A DNA stretch of 62,411 bases, filler included. It is 13 parts of 13 records of this genome, joined end to end, with 100 filler letters (N's around TTAATTAATTAA, not from the genome) between each part and the next. Parts side by side here need not be neighbours in the genome. Positions count along the whole stretch, not along the records: positions 3,643 to 12,404 come from SRR7504441_18740; positions 12,505 to 17,465 come from SRR7504441_18742; positions 17,566 to 23,747 come from SRR7504441_18745; 10 more parts are not named here. One strand, given 5' to 3'. Positions 9,101 through 20,254 of the stretch are shown here, piece after piece; the stretch's first letter is position 1, and each line of letters begins with the position of its first letter. Below the pieces are notes generated by a model. It searched no databases. It was not told the origin of the DNA and saw nothing but the letters and a program-made list of their open reading frames with translations. The position numbers were made by a program, and so were the translations under genes.

Positions 9101-12100
9101 TTCGCGCGTAAGCCATCTTCTCAGTCAGCTTTCCTTGAGTGAAGTCAGAACATGCGAATGTATCGGGGTAAGAATGGTTTCCCGCAATAGACACATATAC
9201 ACCAGCTCCAGGCTTGGGCATGGCGGCTGTGCCATCGTAAGAGTAGGGGATGTAAGACGGTGAAGCATAATTTTCCATGCTCAATTGGACGGCATCCGCA
9301 CTATCATGGATTCCATAGGTCACGGCAACCAGAGCCACAAGCAAGAAGATCATAGGCACGATAACCTGCCAAAGAGTCTGATCAGCGCCCGGAGGTGCAC
9401 AGGGCATGGCGCACCTGAAGCACCCAGTTCATCTTGTCACGTATTGAGGTCTTAAAGCGCTTCTTGAAAAGCGCAAGGACGTGCTCACTGAAGGTGCCGA
9501 TCTCGCGCTGTCCATGCAAGCGACATGTCGGTGGTCCGGCGTCTCTGGTTATTATCCTCCGCACTGTCCGCACAAGCCCGGTTAGCAATGAACACCTGGT
9601 GGCTCGCACCGTGGGGACGCGGGGTTGTAATCGTCACTGCTGCGCTCCGTGGCCCGCTGCCGGGCTTCGATCGTGTCGCGGCGCAGCTGTTCCGTGATTT
9701 CTTCTGCTCCCAGATCCGAATGCTTTTGATGTGCGAGTTTGAGGAAGACTTCCTCCAGTGTGGTCATAGAAATGCCAAAGCTGTCAATGCCAAGAGCTTT
9801 CTTCCGCTCGTCGAGCTCCTGGAACATGTGCGAGAAGTTGGGCATGTACTCGAACGCGATTGCATACTGCAGGGACGCGCCCTCATCCGAGACTGGCTTA
9901 CTATTACCACAGTATTTACTCACCAGCGTGCGTATTGGAGCATCGTCGATCTGCGTACCAACTTCCTTGGAGATTGTCAGGTTGTAGCCGAGCCCAAACC
10001 GCTTCTTCAAGAAGAAAGACGACCCACAGCATCGTAACCGGCCGTCGCTCATGATGGCAATGCGGTCGCCCAGCAGGTCTGCTTCGTCCATGAAATGTGT
10101 TGTGAACAGCATCACATGGCCTGTCTTCTTGGATTTGATCACATCCCAGGTAGATCGCCTAGAGTATGGGTCCATCCCTGAGGTCGGCTCGTCCAAGAAA
10201 ATCACTTTACTTCCGCCAATCACGGCGATGCCAATCGAAAGTTTACGCTTCATGCCGCCTGACAAGGTGCAACTGAACTGCTCTCGCTTCTCTGTGAGTC
10301 CAACCGCTGCAATCACGGCCAACACTTGCCTGTCAAGCTCTTCGGTCGGCACGCCTTTGAGCGCAGCAAACAGTCCGAGGTGCTCCCGCACAGTGAGCTG
10401 GTCCCATAGAACGTCGTGCTGCGGGCAGACGCCGAGCATCAGCCGCACTTGAGCCAAGTCTTGCGTGACAGAGTAATCGTATATTGTCGCGTCTCCCGAA
10501 GTCGGAAGCATCAGCCCTGTGAGCATATTGAAGGTCGTGCTCTTGCCTGCGCCGTTGTGACCAAGCAGCGCCGTTACCTGGTCCTGATATATGTCCAAGC
10601 TCATGTCCTGGACTGCAATCTTTGTTATTCCGTTCGAAACAAACACCTTCCGCAGATTGTTCAGCCTCACAGCCAATTCCAACTGAGTCCCAACCGCTTC
10701 CACGTCGCCGGCGGTTCTGGCCGTCACCCGCCGCTCAGGGTTCTCCTCGTCGTTGCCAGCTGTGGCAGCCAGCCTGCGATTGGCGCTTGCCCCGCAGCCG
10801 CACCAGTACCGAGGGTCAAGTACGAACCACCACGACTGCTTCGCCCCAAACTCGCCCGGCACCACCTTGTCACAGTACCAGGCGAGCAGCAGATAGAGCA
10901 CCGTGTCAACGGCCATCATCAGATAAACCTCCTTGAGCTGCAGTGCCTCCACTGTCGACTCCTGTGCCTCATCAATGTTATCAAATGTGACGCCCTGATC
11001 AGCGCCCTCATACACCCCAAACACGCCAAAGCCCCAGTAAAACGCCATCGGCGATAGCAGGCAGAAGCACAGCCGGGCAGTCTTGGTGATCCCTACTAGT
11101 GACTGAGGGGTGAAGATGCAGGCCAGGTAGAAGAAAATGGCGCTGATCGATGCTGCGCCCGGGTCCGTAAACAGGGTGGAGAGGAAGAGCGCCAGCGTGA
11201 CCACGGACAGCAAGAAGAGCAAGACGAATGAGAAGACCAGGAAGAAGCTGGACTTGGAAAAGATGAAGATAAACGATGCAGCCGTGGTCGAGAGCGCCAC
11301 AAACAGAAATATGCACAGATATGTGCACACCCAAGAGAGCCAGAAAACCCAGGACTTGAGGCCCATCATCAGCATCCCCTCCTTGATCTTGCGCCGCTTC
11401 TCGTCCACGATCCCTTTGGTCAGGCTGGAGAGCGAGAAGATGATGCAGTAGCCAAAGAATTGCTGGAAATTACCACTCAGAAAGTTCCGTTTGAACGGGT
11501 TGTACTTCCACTCGGCGTGCGGGAAGGCCTGGAAGTACGGCTCGAGCGTCTGGTTGCCCGCAGTGGCTTCCCTGAGGAAAAACTGGTCCACCAGCTTCTG
11601 CAGCGCCAGGAACCCGCTCGAGGTGTACTGCAGCCAGCTCGAGCTCGGATAAAACGTGAACGGATCAGTGTCGTACGACGTCTTAGTAACGTAAGACCGG
11701 TTGAACCTGAACGAGTAGTCCAGCTGGCCCTTCTGTCTGTCAAAGCCGTTGAGCACCACAGCGCCCAGGATCGGGTTGTAGCTCCCCTGGTCGGCGAGCC
11801 TCACAGCCTCGTTGTCCATCAGATCAGCCGACGCGAAGACCAGCCCTCCCGCGTTGGAGCACCTGGACGCGTTGAGCGCCGGGTCCACGTGCAGCATCGA
11901 CCCATGCTCGTCGTCCCAGCGGCGCACCTCGCGAGACAGCTGCCCGACGGCCGACTGGCAGAGGCTGACCGTCGTGTTCAGCAGGGCCTCGTTCTGATAG
12001 GCGAACAGCACCCGGCCGACGTGCAGCGGCATCCGGGAGTACCGCATCTCGTACAGGTTGTTGGCGTTGCTCAGCCGGTCGGTAAGAAACGCATCCACCG

Positions 12101-12402
12101 AAGTGTCCCGCACCGAGCTGGTGAAAAAGGCAGACTGCGGGTGTGACTCGGTGTCCACGGTCAGGCTGAGGCAGCTCAGCCCAAAGATCAGGATCAGAGG
12201 CGCCTGCCCCCCGGGTTCGGCCGGTCCGGCTCGGCAGGGGCACCAACAGCTCGCACCAGAAGTCGCAGCCGGAGCGCATCTTGAGCCGGGCGTTCTTGCC
12301 CATGATCAGCCGGAACTGCTGGAAGCCACTGAGCGTCCGGTTGCTGGGCGGGCCGCGGGCCGGCTCGGGCTGGAGGAGCGAGCTCTGGAGGGGCTCAGCC
12401 AT
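6135..12402 (-). CDS. Full-size ABCA transporter (TMD-NBD-TMD-NBD) with Cys-rich C-terminal extension; spliced
   Basis: NBD1 GHNGAGKST/LSGGMKRKL/FLDEPTSG and NBD2 GINGAGKTT/YSGGNKRKL/FLDEPSTG; TTLEEVF and TTLEQVF motifs; introns near 12160-12240 and 9370-9600. Confidence 0.95.
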
Positions 12403-12404
12403 GT

Positions 12405-12504
12405 NNNNNNNNNNNNNNNNNNNNNNNNNNNNNNNNNNNNNNNNNNNNTTAATTAATTAANNNNNNNNNNNNNNNNNNNNNNNNNNNNNNNNNNNNNNNN
12501 NNNN
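12405..12504. other. Artificial contig linker
   Basis: N44-TTAATTAATTAA-N44. Confidence 0.99.
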
Positions 12505-12846
12505 GGCTGGCCCCAGCCTCCTGCCGGCTCCCGCCTGCTCCTCATTGCAGCTGGATCGCTTCACCTTCAGACTCAGTGTAGTACACTCACACTTGAAAGG
12601 CGAAAACCATTTCAACCCCGACACTGCGGCTCGGATCAGCAGCCTGCTGGGCAAACCCAGTCAGAGAATGCAGGCAGCATCAGTGGTAATCATGGTCGTT
12701 CTGCCGCATGAGGATCGCCGCTGGACCCACGTGCATGACAACGACAACAACAACCTCGGCCGAGCCTCGTCGGGCGGGGCTGGACAGCGATTGCACAGCA
12801 GCTTGACAGCGAGGAGCTCGAGCGGCGGATTGTGGCGGCTCAGCGG

Positions 12847-14952
12847 ATGGAGACCATCGGTGGGGTAGGGATGATGAACTGCGCCTGCGACCTGTCGCTC
12901 GGGCTCGAGTTCTCGCAGGTGCGCAACCTCAGCGAGCTGATCACCACCACCAAGCAGCACCAATACTCGTTCACGGTGGTGCCGTTGGTCCATCCGCGGT
13001 ACCGGCGGCGGGTGCTCCCCAACCCGGACGACCCGGCCGCGGCCCGTCTGCCGTTCACTAGGAGCGACATGATCCTACCTAGCACCGAGTGGAGCACGTA
13101 CGTAGTGGGCCGGATCTCGGAATGGATCGACTGCGACTCATCCGACGAGAGCTTCGCGGCCAATTCGGTGGAGGCGCTCCGACAGGAGGTGGCCTGGGCC
13201 TCGCACCTCTCGCTGGCCGCAATCTTGCTCCCGGCCCCGCGCAAGCAGCACTCAAACTATTTCAGGGAGATCTCCCGGCTGCTCCTCCGGCAGCCCTACA
13301 TGAATATCTGGTTCCGGGTGGCCTACGACGACGTGCACCCGGACCCGTGGGAGACCTGGGTCGAGCTCAGGTCGCTGTGCGATGAGCATGCTCGACTGTT
13401 CGCTGTCCTTGACATCCCAGCCAACTCACCGCCACCCGCTCTGCTGCGACGCTGGCTGGGGGAGGCCGTGAAGGCCGTTATCATCTCGCAGGATATTTTC
13501 CTCACAAACGCGCAGGGCTATCCGGTGCTGAGCAAGCGGCACCAGCACTACCTCTGGCTGCTGCTCCAGCGCAAGGTGCAGTTTGTCCTCAGCTGCTCCG
13601 ATGCAACTGGCTCTTGTGACGCAGTGATGCCACACCAGCAGTACCTGCGCTGGCTCTGCCGGCACCAGCCGCAGACGCCGCAGGAGCAGTTCGAAGCCCC
13701 ATACGCGGACTACCTGCAGATTCCGCTCCAGCCGCTCCAGGACAACCTCGAATCAGCCACGTGCCACCAGCCGCAGCCAGTCCTGACCGGCGCGGGCCAG
13801 GTATGAGACCTTCGAGAAGGACCCTGTCAAGTACGCCCAGTACGAGGCCGCGGTTGAGCTAGCCCTCCGTGAGAGGGCCGCACCAGCCGCGTGCATAATG
13901 GTCGTGGGCGCCGGCCGAGGCCCGCTGGTGGCTGCCTCACTCAGGGCTGCGGCCTCGGCTGGAGTGGCTGTCAAGCTGTACGCGGTGCGAGGCGAGGCAG
14001 GCGGCCTGCGAGCTGTCTCAGGTGGAGAAGAATCCGAACGCTGTGGTGACACTGCAGCATCGCAGAATCCGGGAGGGGTGGGGCGAAGCTGTGGAGATAA
14101 TCTCATGCGACATGCGCAAGTGGGAGGTCGGCGCTGATTGAATCGGCACGGGCGAGCCATTTGGGGGGGGCAGAACCCGCAGCAGGCGGACATAATGGTC
14201 TCTGAGCTACTGGGCAGCTTTGGGGATAACGAGCTCTCTCCAGAGTGTCTAGATGGCGCGCAGGTCGGGTGATCGCACCAGCAGTTCTGACCGGTACGGC
14301 AGCGGCTGCTCAGCCCAAGTGGGGTCTCAATCCCCCAGAGCTATACCTCGTTCATGGCCCCTCTAGCCAGCGCCAAGCTGTGGAACGAAGTTCGGAATTT
14401 CCGCGATTTGGAGCATCTGGAGACGTCGTACGTAGTCAAGGTGCACACGGCCTGCCAGCTGGCGGAGGCCAAGCCGGTGTTCGCCTTCCACCACCCCAAG
14501 CCCAAGCCGAGCTCGAATGAGCGGTATACCGAGCTTTCCTGGGTGCTGGAGCACTCGGCCACTGTGCACGGCTTTGTGGGGTGAGTCCGTAGCTCGGGAC
14601 TGGTCTTAACCAGGGCGGCAGGTATTTCGAATCGAAGCTGTACGGTGATATCTCTATCTCGATTAATCCGGCGACTTTCTCGGTGCGCTGCCCGTATCCG
14701 GTCGGCCAACGCCCGGCAGGTGGGGATGTTCTCCTGGTTCCCTATTTATTTCCCGATCAAGGCCCCGGTGTTTGTGCCGTCTGGTGCCACGATCACTGCC
14801 CGGATGTGGCGCTGCTGTACCCCTGAAAAGGTGCAGCTCGGTGGCATGTTTGCCTAAACTGACGGCAGGTCTGGTACGAGTGGGCGCTGACCAGCCCCGT
14901 TGTAACGAACATTCACAACCCGAACGGCAGATCCTCGCATATTGGTCTTTAG
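12847..14952 (+). CDS. PRMT5: Protein arginine N-methyltransferase 5 (spliced)
   Basis: TIM-barrel N-terminus; [62 protein letters not shown]. Confidence 0.95.
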
Positions 14953-15292
14953 GGACGTCTATTGGCTTGCCGTCTTGCGCCCGATATGCGCCCGGCGCGC
15001 GGCGGGGTGGCTCGAGCGCGAGCACCACCACGAGTATTATTGTTGTGTACATGTAACTGTTTCGATGTTCTAATCAATAAATTTTCTTAAACCTACAGTG
15101 TGAAGCAACGCGAGGACACCCGCCGCGGGAGTCCGAAGTACATGTAACCCTAAAGCGTTTACACTGGCCAAAGGCCGCAGCTGTGCATCGTAGAACCTGT
15201 ACGTTGTACGCAGTACAGCCGCAGCCGGTGATCAGCTTTTTACTTGGGAATGTTGTAGAGTGTAGATCTAACAATCTCACTGATCGAGGTCA

Positions 15293-15813
15293 ATGTCAAT
15301 TCCGCGCGTTGTGCTTCTCCTTGCTGTGTCACTGGGGGGTGTCGCGGCCCGGCGCGGGGGTATTCAATGCCAGGGAAATTTCGCCCTCACCTCATTCGCC
15401 TCGTCCAACCGAGCTGGAAATGTCAGTGCGCATGACTCTATGCGATGCTGAGTGGGTGGCAGGACGAGCTTGAGACCGAGCTCGGCGAGCCAGACAGCGC
15501 ACTGCAAGAAGCGGTGGTTGAGCTCGGCGAAAACAGCCGCTCGGCCTCGCACTGCAGTACCCTTCCTAGTTCTCACCCCAAACTGCATTATCTCCGTTCG
15601 TGTAACACCACGGCCAAGGACAGCGCTGGCAACGATCTTCAGTTCCAATGGGGCACTCCTGGAGAGAGCGGCTACAGAGGGACAGTGCCACTGTGCACGA
15701 GCTGCTATAACGATTGCCCGGGGCACTACCTAACCAGACGTTGCACTCACGCAAGTGATGCAATTATATCACAATGCGCGTGGTCACAGGTTGTGTTGCA
15801 CGTTGCACGTTGA
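15293..15813 (+). CDS. N-terminal part of a secreted Cys-rich (TNFR-CRD-like) protein; model interrupted
   Basis: Signal-like MSIPRVVLLLAVSLGG (needs a 1-nt shift at a G run near 15356), probable intron 15426-15462, then CTSCYNDCPGHYLTRRCTHASDA. Confidence 0.45.
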
Positions 15814-16260
15814 TTGTGGACGCTCCAATCTGTTTTTTTTCCCTTGCAGATGCGGTTGCATGTCACGTGCTTTTCGGTATCGCAGTTGAACTTTGGTGCA
15901 CAATCCATCCCATGCTCACAATCAGGATCATATTGCTGATTCACGGTACAGTTAATCTGCTTGAGAACGTCGCAGTACACGGAGGCCAACCCAGCCCAAC
16001 TACCAGAGTTGGACACGAAAGGTTTGCCTACGAACTCCGGAAAGAACTTGCGATATCTGGGGGAGCACATCTTGGTGCAAATATAAGATCCCGACGATAC
16101 GCGGGCAGCGCTACCAAAAAGGCTCTGCACCAGTCAGATCAGCCACACAAACATCAGAGAGCCCGGTTAGACTACCTGGCTTAGATCCCACTCTTGTTTG
16201 AAGCAATGTGGTTTGCATTGGTTCCATCGATCTGAGTCTTTCTCAAAGTTATACATCGAA
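15747..16260 (-). CDS. Cys-rich coding segment, probably an inverted piece of the preceding gene
   Basis: SMYNFEKDSDRWNQCKPHC...|SLFGS...CTKMC...CNRIC...CNTTC with one GT-AG intron (about 16125-16175). Confidence 0.5.
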
Positions 16261-17461
16261 CAATGAGCTCAGCCGGCAGAACTAAGGAGGGGTGCTCACC
16301 GTAGGCCACCAGCCATGCCATCGCTTCAAGCACATGAGCAGCGAAGGGCTCCTTCGGCTCAAAGCTCCCATCGCAGCAAAATCGAACAAGCAGCGCAGTG
16401 AAGGCAGTCATCGCTGCAGCAAACACGTACATTACCGCATTGCCGGATTGGTAGTCGCGATCGTCCATGGCTTTGCTCAGTGTGTAGTGGCATAGGTTGA
16501 AAGCAAGGCCAACCACCGAATAGCTCAACCCCACCAGCCCAAGAGCGTTGACCAGCTGTTTAAAGTTAGTTGTCACGGGCCCATCGTCATCCCTGACCAG
16601 TAGCTTGCAACGGTACGCAAAAATGTAGCACAAAATGCAGCAGAGCACTGCAAGACATAAGTCGGCTAGAAAGGACTGCCAGCAGGTCCCTGTGTCAGCC
16701 CAGTGCGTCCCATTCCACGAACAACTCGGGAAGAAATCGGCCTTGGTCTGATTGTTGAAGACCTGATTGCTCAGCACCGCTTGGATGAAAAACTTGAGGA
16801 ATTTGTACCATGGAGTGCCAAACGCTGTGACAAAGGCAAACGGCGCGGTGACCATCTTCACTGTGCGCACTACATACTCTTTTAAAAGGGAGCACCCAGA
16901 CCCCATGGCCTGCAGCCTCGCGAGCAACCAGCCCTCGAGACACGACAATAGATACAGCCCCACCAACAGTCCTGCGCTGCAGTACACAGCCACGGCCAGT
17001 GCGGCGTTTGCCTGCAGCCATTTGGCTTCTGGCCAGGTCATTCCGGTCCCACCTGCGGCCAGGGAGTTCTCATAATACTGCTGGTTCATCCCGGCCGCCC
17101 AACTTGTCAGGGCACCCGTCCAGTTGCTCCAGGCCACGCCGGTCGCCGCAACGAACGAGGCGTTGAGCAGATACACAGCGTTCTTCCTCCGCTGCACTCG
17201 GGAGGGCTTGGTGGCCTCGGTGGCGCAGTATGCCAGCCCCCGCTCGCAGAGCATGACTGGCAGCTGCATGAGCAGCGTGACGCACACGGCGGCCAGCAGG
17301 TTGGTACACATCGGGTTGCCGGTCGCGTGCACGAACGGGTAGATCATCCCGTAGATGAAGGCTACGCCCACCAGGGTGGTGCCCACCACGGAGTTGAACC
17401 ACACCGTCGAGTTGGCCACGAATCTGTCCTGCCGCTCGTCCTCACAGCAGCTGCTGGCCAT
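16181..17461 (-). CDS. Multi-pass membrane protein of unknown function (3' end uncertain)
   Basis: 426-aa ORF with about 9 hydrophobic segments; a donor GTGAGC at 16299 lacks an obvious in-frame acceptor. Confidence 0.65.
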   Translation of the reverse strand: MASSCCEDERQDRFVANSTVWFNSVVGTTLVGVAFIYGMIYPFVHATGNPMCTNLLAAVCVTLLMQLPVMLCERGLAYCATEATKPSRVQRRKNAVYLLNASFVAATGVAWSNWTGALTSWAAGMNQQYYENSLAAGGTGMTWPEAKWLQANAALAVAVYCSAGLLVGLYLLSCLEGWLLARLQAMGSGCSLLKEYVVRTVKMVTAPFAFVTAFGTPWYKFLKFFIQAVLSNQVFNNQTKADFFPSCSWNGTHWADTGTCWQSFLADLCLAVLCCILCYIFAYRCKLLVRDDDGPVTTNFKQLVNALGLVGLSYSVVGLAFNLCHYTLSKAMDDRDYQSGNAVMYVFAAAMTAFTALLVRFCCDGSFEPKEPFAAHVLEAMAWLVAYGEHPSLVLPAELIVRCITLRKTQIDGTNANHIASNKSGI

Positions 17462-17465
17462 TGCG

Positions 17466-17565
17466 NNNNNNNNNNNNNNNNNNNNNNNNNNNNNNNNNNN
17501 NNNNNNNNNTTAATTAATTAANNNNNNNNNNNNNNNNNNNNNNNNNNNNNNNNNNNNNNNNNNNN
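17466..17565. other. Artificial contig linker
   Basis: N44-TTAATTAATTAA-N44. Confidence 0.99.
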
Positions 17566-18504
17566 GTCAGAGAACTGTACTGTGTGAATCTTGAATCTAG
17601 TCTCAACAGTTTTCGACGCCGCATCTAGTTCGAATTGCATCGACCAACTTAGCCTGAACCGACGCCCGTCCCTCCTGCCCGCCTTGTGTGCCCTATCTGG
17701 AAATCTGAGCTGGCGGGTGCCGCTCATTTGATCCTGCTCGGTGCGACTATGCGTCACCACTGCTCGCACGCCGGGGTCTAGCCGCACATCGATATACCAG
17801 GTGGCCGAGTTGCAGTCCATCACAGGGAATCGGAGCTCCTTGGGCGTCTTGCTGTCCCCCCGCAGGCAGCTGAGCTGCTCCATTCCACACAGCAGCGGCG
17901 GGCCTTGCGTGAGCAGCGCCAGCACCGTCGGAGCCACCCACTCGCCGGCTGCTGGGTCCTCCATCAGTGACTTGTACAACTTCGGCGGCGGCTTAAGCTC
18001 TGGCCGAGCACCGTCCATCTCGGCCAGCACAAAGCTGGCCACGGCCACAGCCAGCGGGCCAGACTTCAGGCCGGAAGGGTCGAACTCTCTACTAGGCGAC
18101 CTCACAGTCATCCCGTTGGCCAGTCGAGGCAGGTCGCCGTCGATGGAGCGCGCGAAATTGTCGGGCTGCAGCCCCCGGGCAGCCGGACTCTGGCTGCACG
18201 CGACCCATTCCGCCCCAAACCAGTTGGTCGCCGCCTCCTGGTGCAGCGCCAGTGCCCGGCTAGCCGCCGGGTCAGGCTCGGGCAGCGGCGCGGGCAGCGA
18301 CTTCTTGGGCTTGCGGGGGGTGAGCGCGTTCCTGGGCTTAAGCTGTCCAGGCGGGTTTAGACTGGCCTGGCTCGGGCTGGACGGGGCAGCCTGGAGCTGT
18401 CCCGGGCCCTCCTGGGCCAGGGCTTCGAGCTGCGCCTCCTCGTCCTGATCGGATGCCTCGTCATCCTCGCGATAATCGCCGCGATTCGACTGGCAGCAGC
18501 CCAT
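17566..18504 (-). CDS. Putative N-myristoylated/palmitoylated protein (MGCC), 3'-truncated
   Basis: MGCCQS start, acidic/Pro-rich linker, beta-rich C-terminal domain (WYIDVRL..VVTHSRTEQ..FRLSWSMQFEL). Confidence 0.6.
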
Positions 18505-18611
18505 GAGCGGTGCTGTGTCCCGTGGCCCGACCGTTGAACGGTTGCGCCAGGCGGTGTGGGGCAGTGTGGCGGCTTGAACGGGCGGGTGAGCGGCGAGCTA
18601 GAGCAGCAGCG

Positions 18612-20091
18612 ATGGTCTACAGCGCCCAGTCGATGCCCTCGATCGCACGGCTGGCCGGTGGCGCTGTGGCCGACCGGCTGGACCAGATCACCAGCTGGGT
18701 GGCCGCGAACCAGGAGCTGGACCAGATTGCACGGTGCGCAGGGCTGGTCCACGCGGTCCGGGCCAAGAGCGCGGTGCCCCCGCCTGGCTGGTGGCTGGCG
18801 CTGACGACGAGGGGTGCAGCTGTCTGCGGCCGAGGCCAGGCACGAGGGGGCGCTGGCAGATACGACGGCAATGGAGCAGCAGCTGAGTGCGGCCGCGGGG
18901 CGGGAGGCGGAGGCCAGGCGGGAGGCAGACCAGATGGGGGTAGAGCTGGAGCAGTTGGGGGCGAAGATGCTGTTGGAGCGGTCCCGAGCGAGCGCCACCG
19001 AGCGGTGGGCCGCCGAGCTCGAAGCGGAGCTTGATATCGTCTCCGGCGATATCGAGCGCCAACGCCACAGGAGCCTGGACACGGCGAATAAGCTGGTCGC
19101 GCACTTTGATCTGGGGGCGCACTACACAACGATGTCGCGGACTGTCAATTTGTGGTGCAGGAGGGCGCTGGCGGGCCGGGCTGCGGGGAGAGAGGCAGCT
19201 GCGGCCCACAAGGTGGAGCAGCTGGAGAGGCAGCTGGCTGAACGCACGGCTCAGCTGGAGCTAGCGCTGGCTGATGCGGCGATGAGGGAGCGGGAGGAGG
19301 CCGGGAGGGAGCAGCGGCTGCGGAATCTGGAGCACGAGTGGAGTGCAGTGAGTGAGGAGAGACGAGGGAATGAGATGAAGCTTCAGAAAGCTTATGAGGA
19401 GCAGAAGAATGCGACGATCCAGCTTGAGAATAAGGGCAAGGCTGCGAGACTGGAAGCGGCGGCCAAGGCAAAGCGAGCAGCAGTCATGCGAGTGAGGCTC
19501 GTACTTGTGAACATGCTGCAGGGTGAGGTGGGTGCAGCGTTGCATCAGTGGCGCCTTGGCTTGAGCGACGCGAATTGGGGAGGCGAGGTGGAGGGGGCCA
19601 GTGCGAGGCTTCAAAGTGCACTGGGCGAGAATAAAGCGCTGGAGGAGAGCTGTGCCACGTTGCAGAGGCAGACAAAGGAGGGCGAGCTGCTGGTGGCGGA
19701 GAAGGAGATGGCAATACTGAAGCTCCAGGCCTCTTCTGACGGGCAGAAAACGCTTATAGAGCAGCTGCAGAAGCAGCTAGTCGCAGTAGCTCAGGAGAAG
19801 GGCGTCAACGAGGACAGACTTATGAAAGCGTGCGAGGAGCTGCGACTGCGACTGCAGAGCGATGTGAAGCTCGCTGCGGTGACACAGGCGAGGCTGTTGC
19901 TGAAGAGTGTGTTGTGGAGAGGAATCCGATTGGCGTTGCACCAGTGGCATATACACTATGCCTTAGCTTTAGCATTAGAATTCCAGCAAGAGCTTGGATT
20001 GGCCGTGATGACTCAACATGGCAATGTTTGCAAGATACGAGCTCTCCAACTACAAGAGGCCAAATCACCAACAAGTGATGTCACCACCTAG
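18612..20091 (+). CDS. Coiled-coil protein (spliced, start uncertain)
   Basis: E/Q/R/A-rich heptads; intron about 18774-18819; repeated ALHQW motif. Confidence 0.6.
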
Positions 20092-20254
20092 CTCTTATTT
20101 TGATCATCAACATTACATAATTATAAATAGCCGACAATTGGGTTTAGCAAGCGTTTATTGCGTATCCTATTCCTTTGTATAAAACCATGATGTATCGTTT
20201 CGGGACTATAGCTGAGGTCTGGGTGTGATATGGGCGTTAGTGTGCACCCAGCCC

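Noticed and set aside
18502-18505. Overlapping divergent start codons in CATG
   Set aside because: No support that the plus-strand gene uses ATG 18503.
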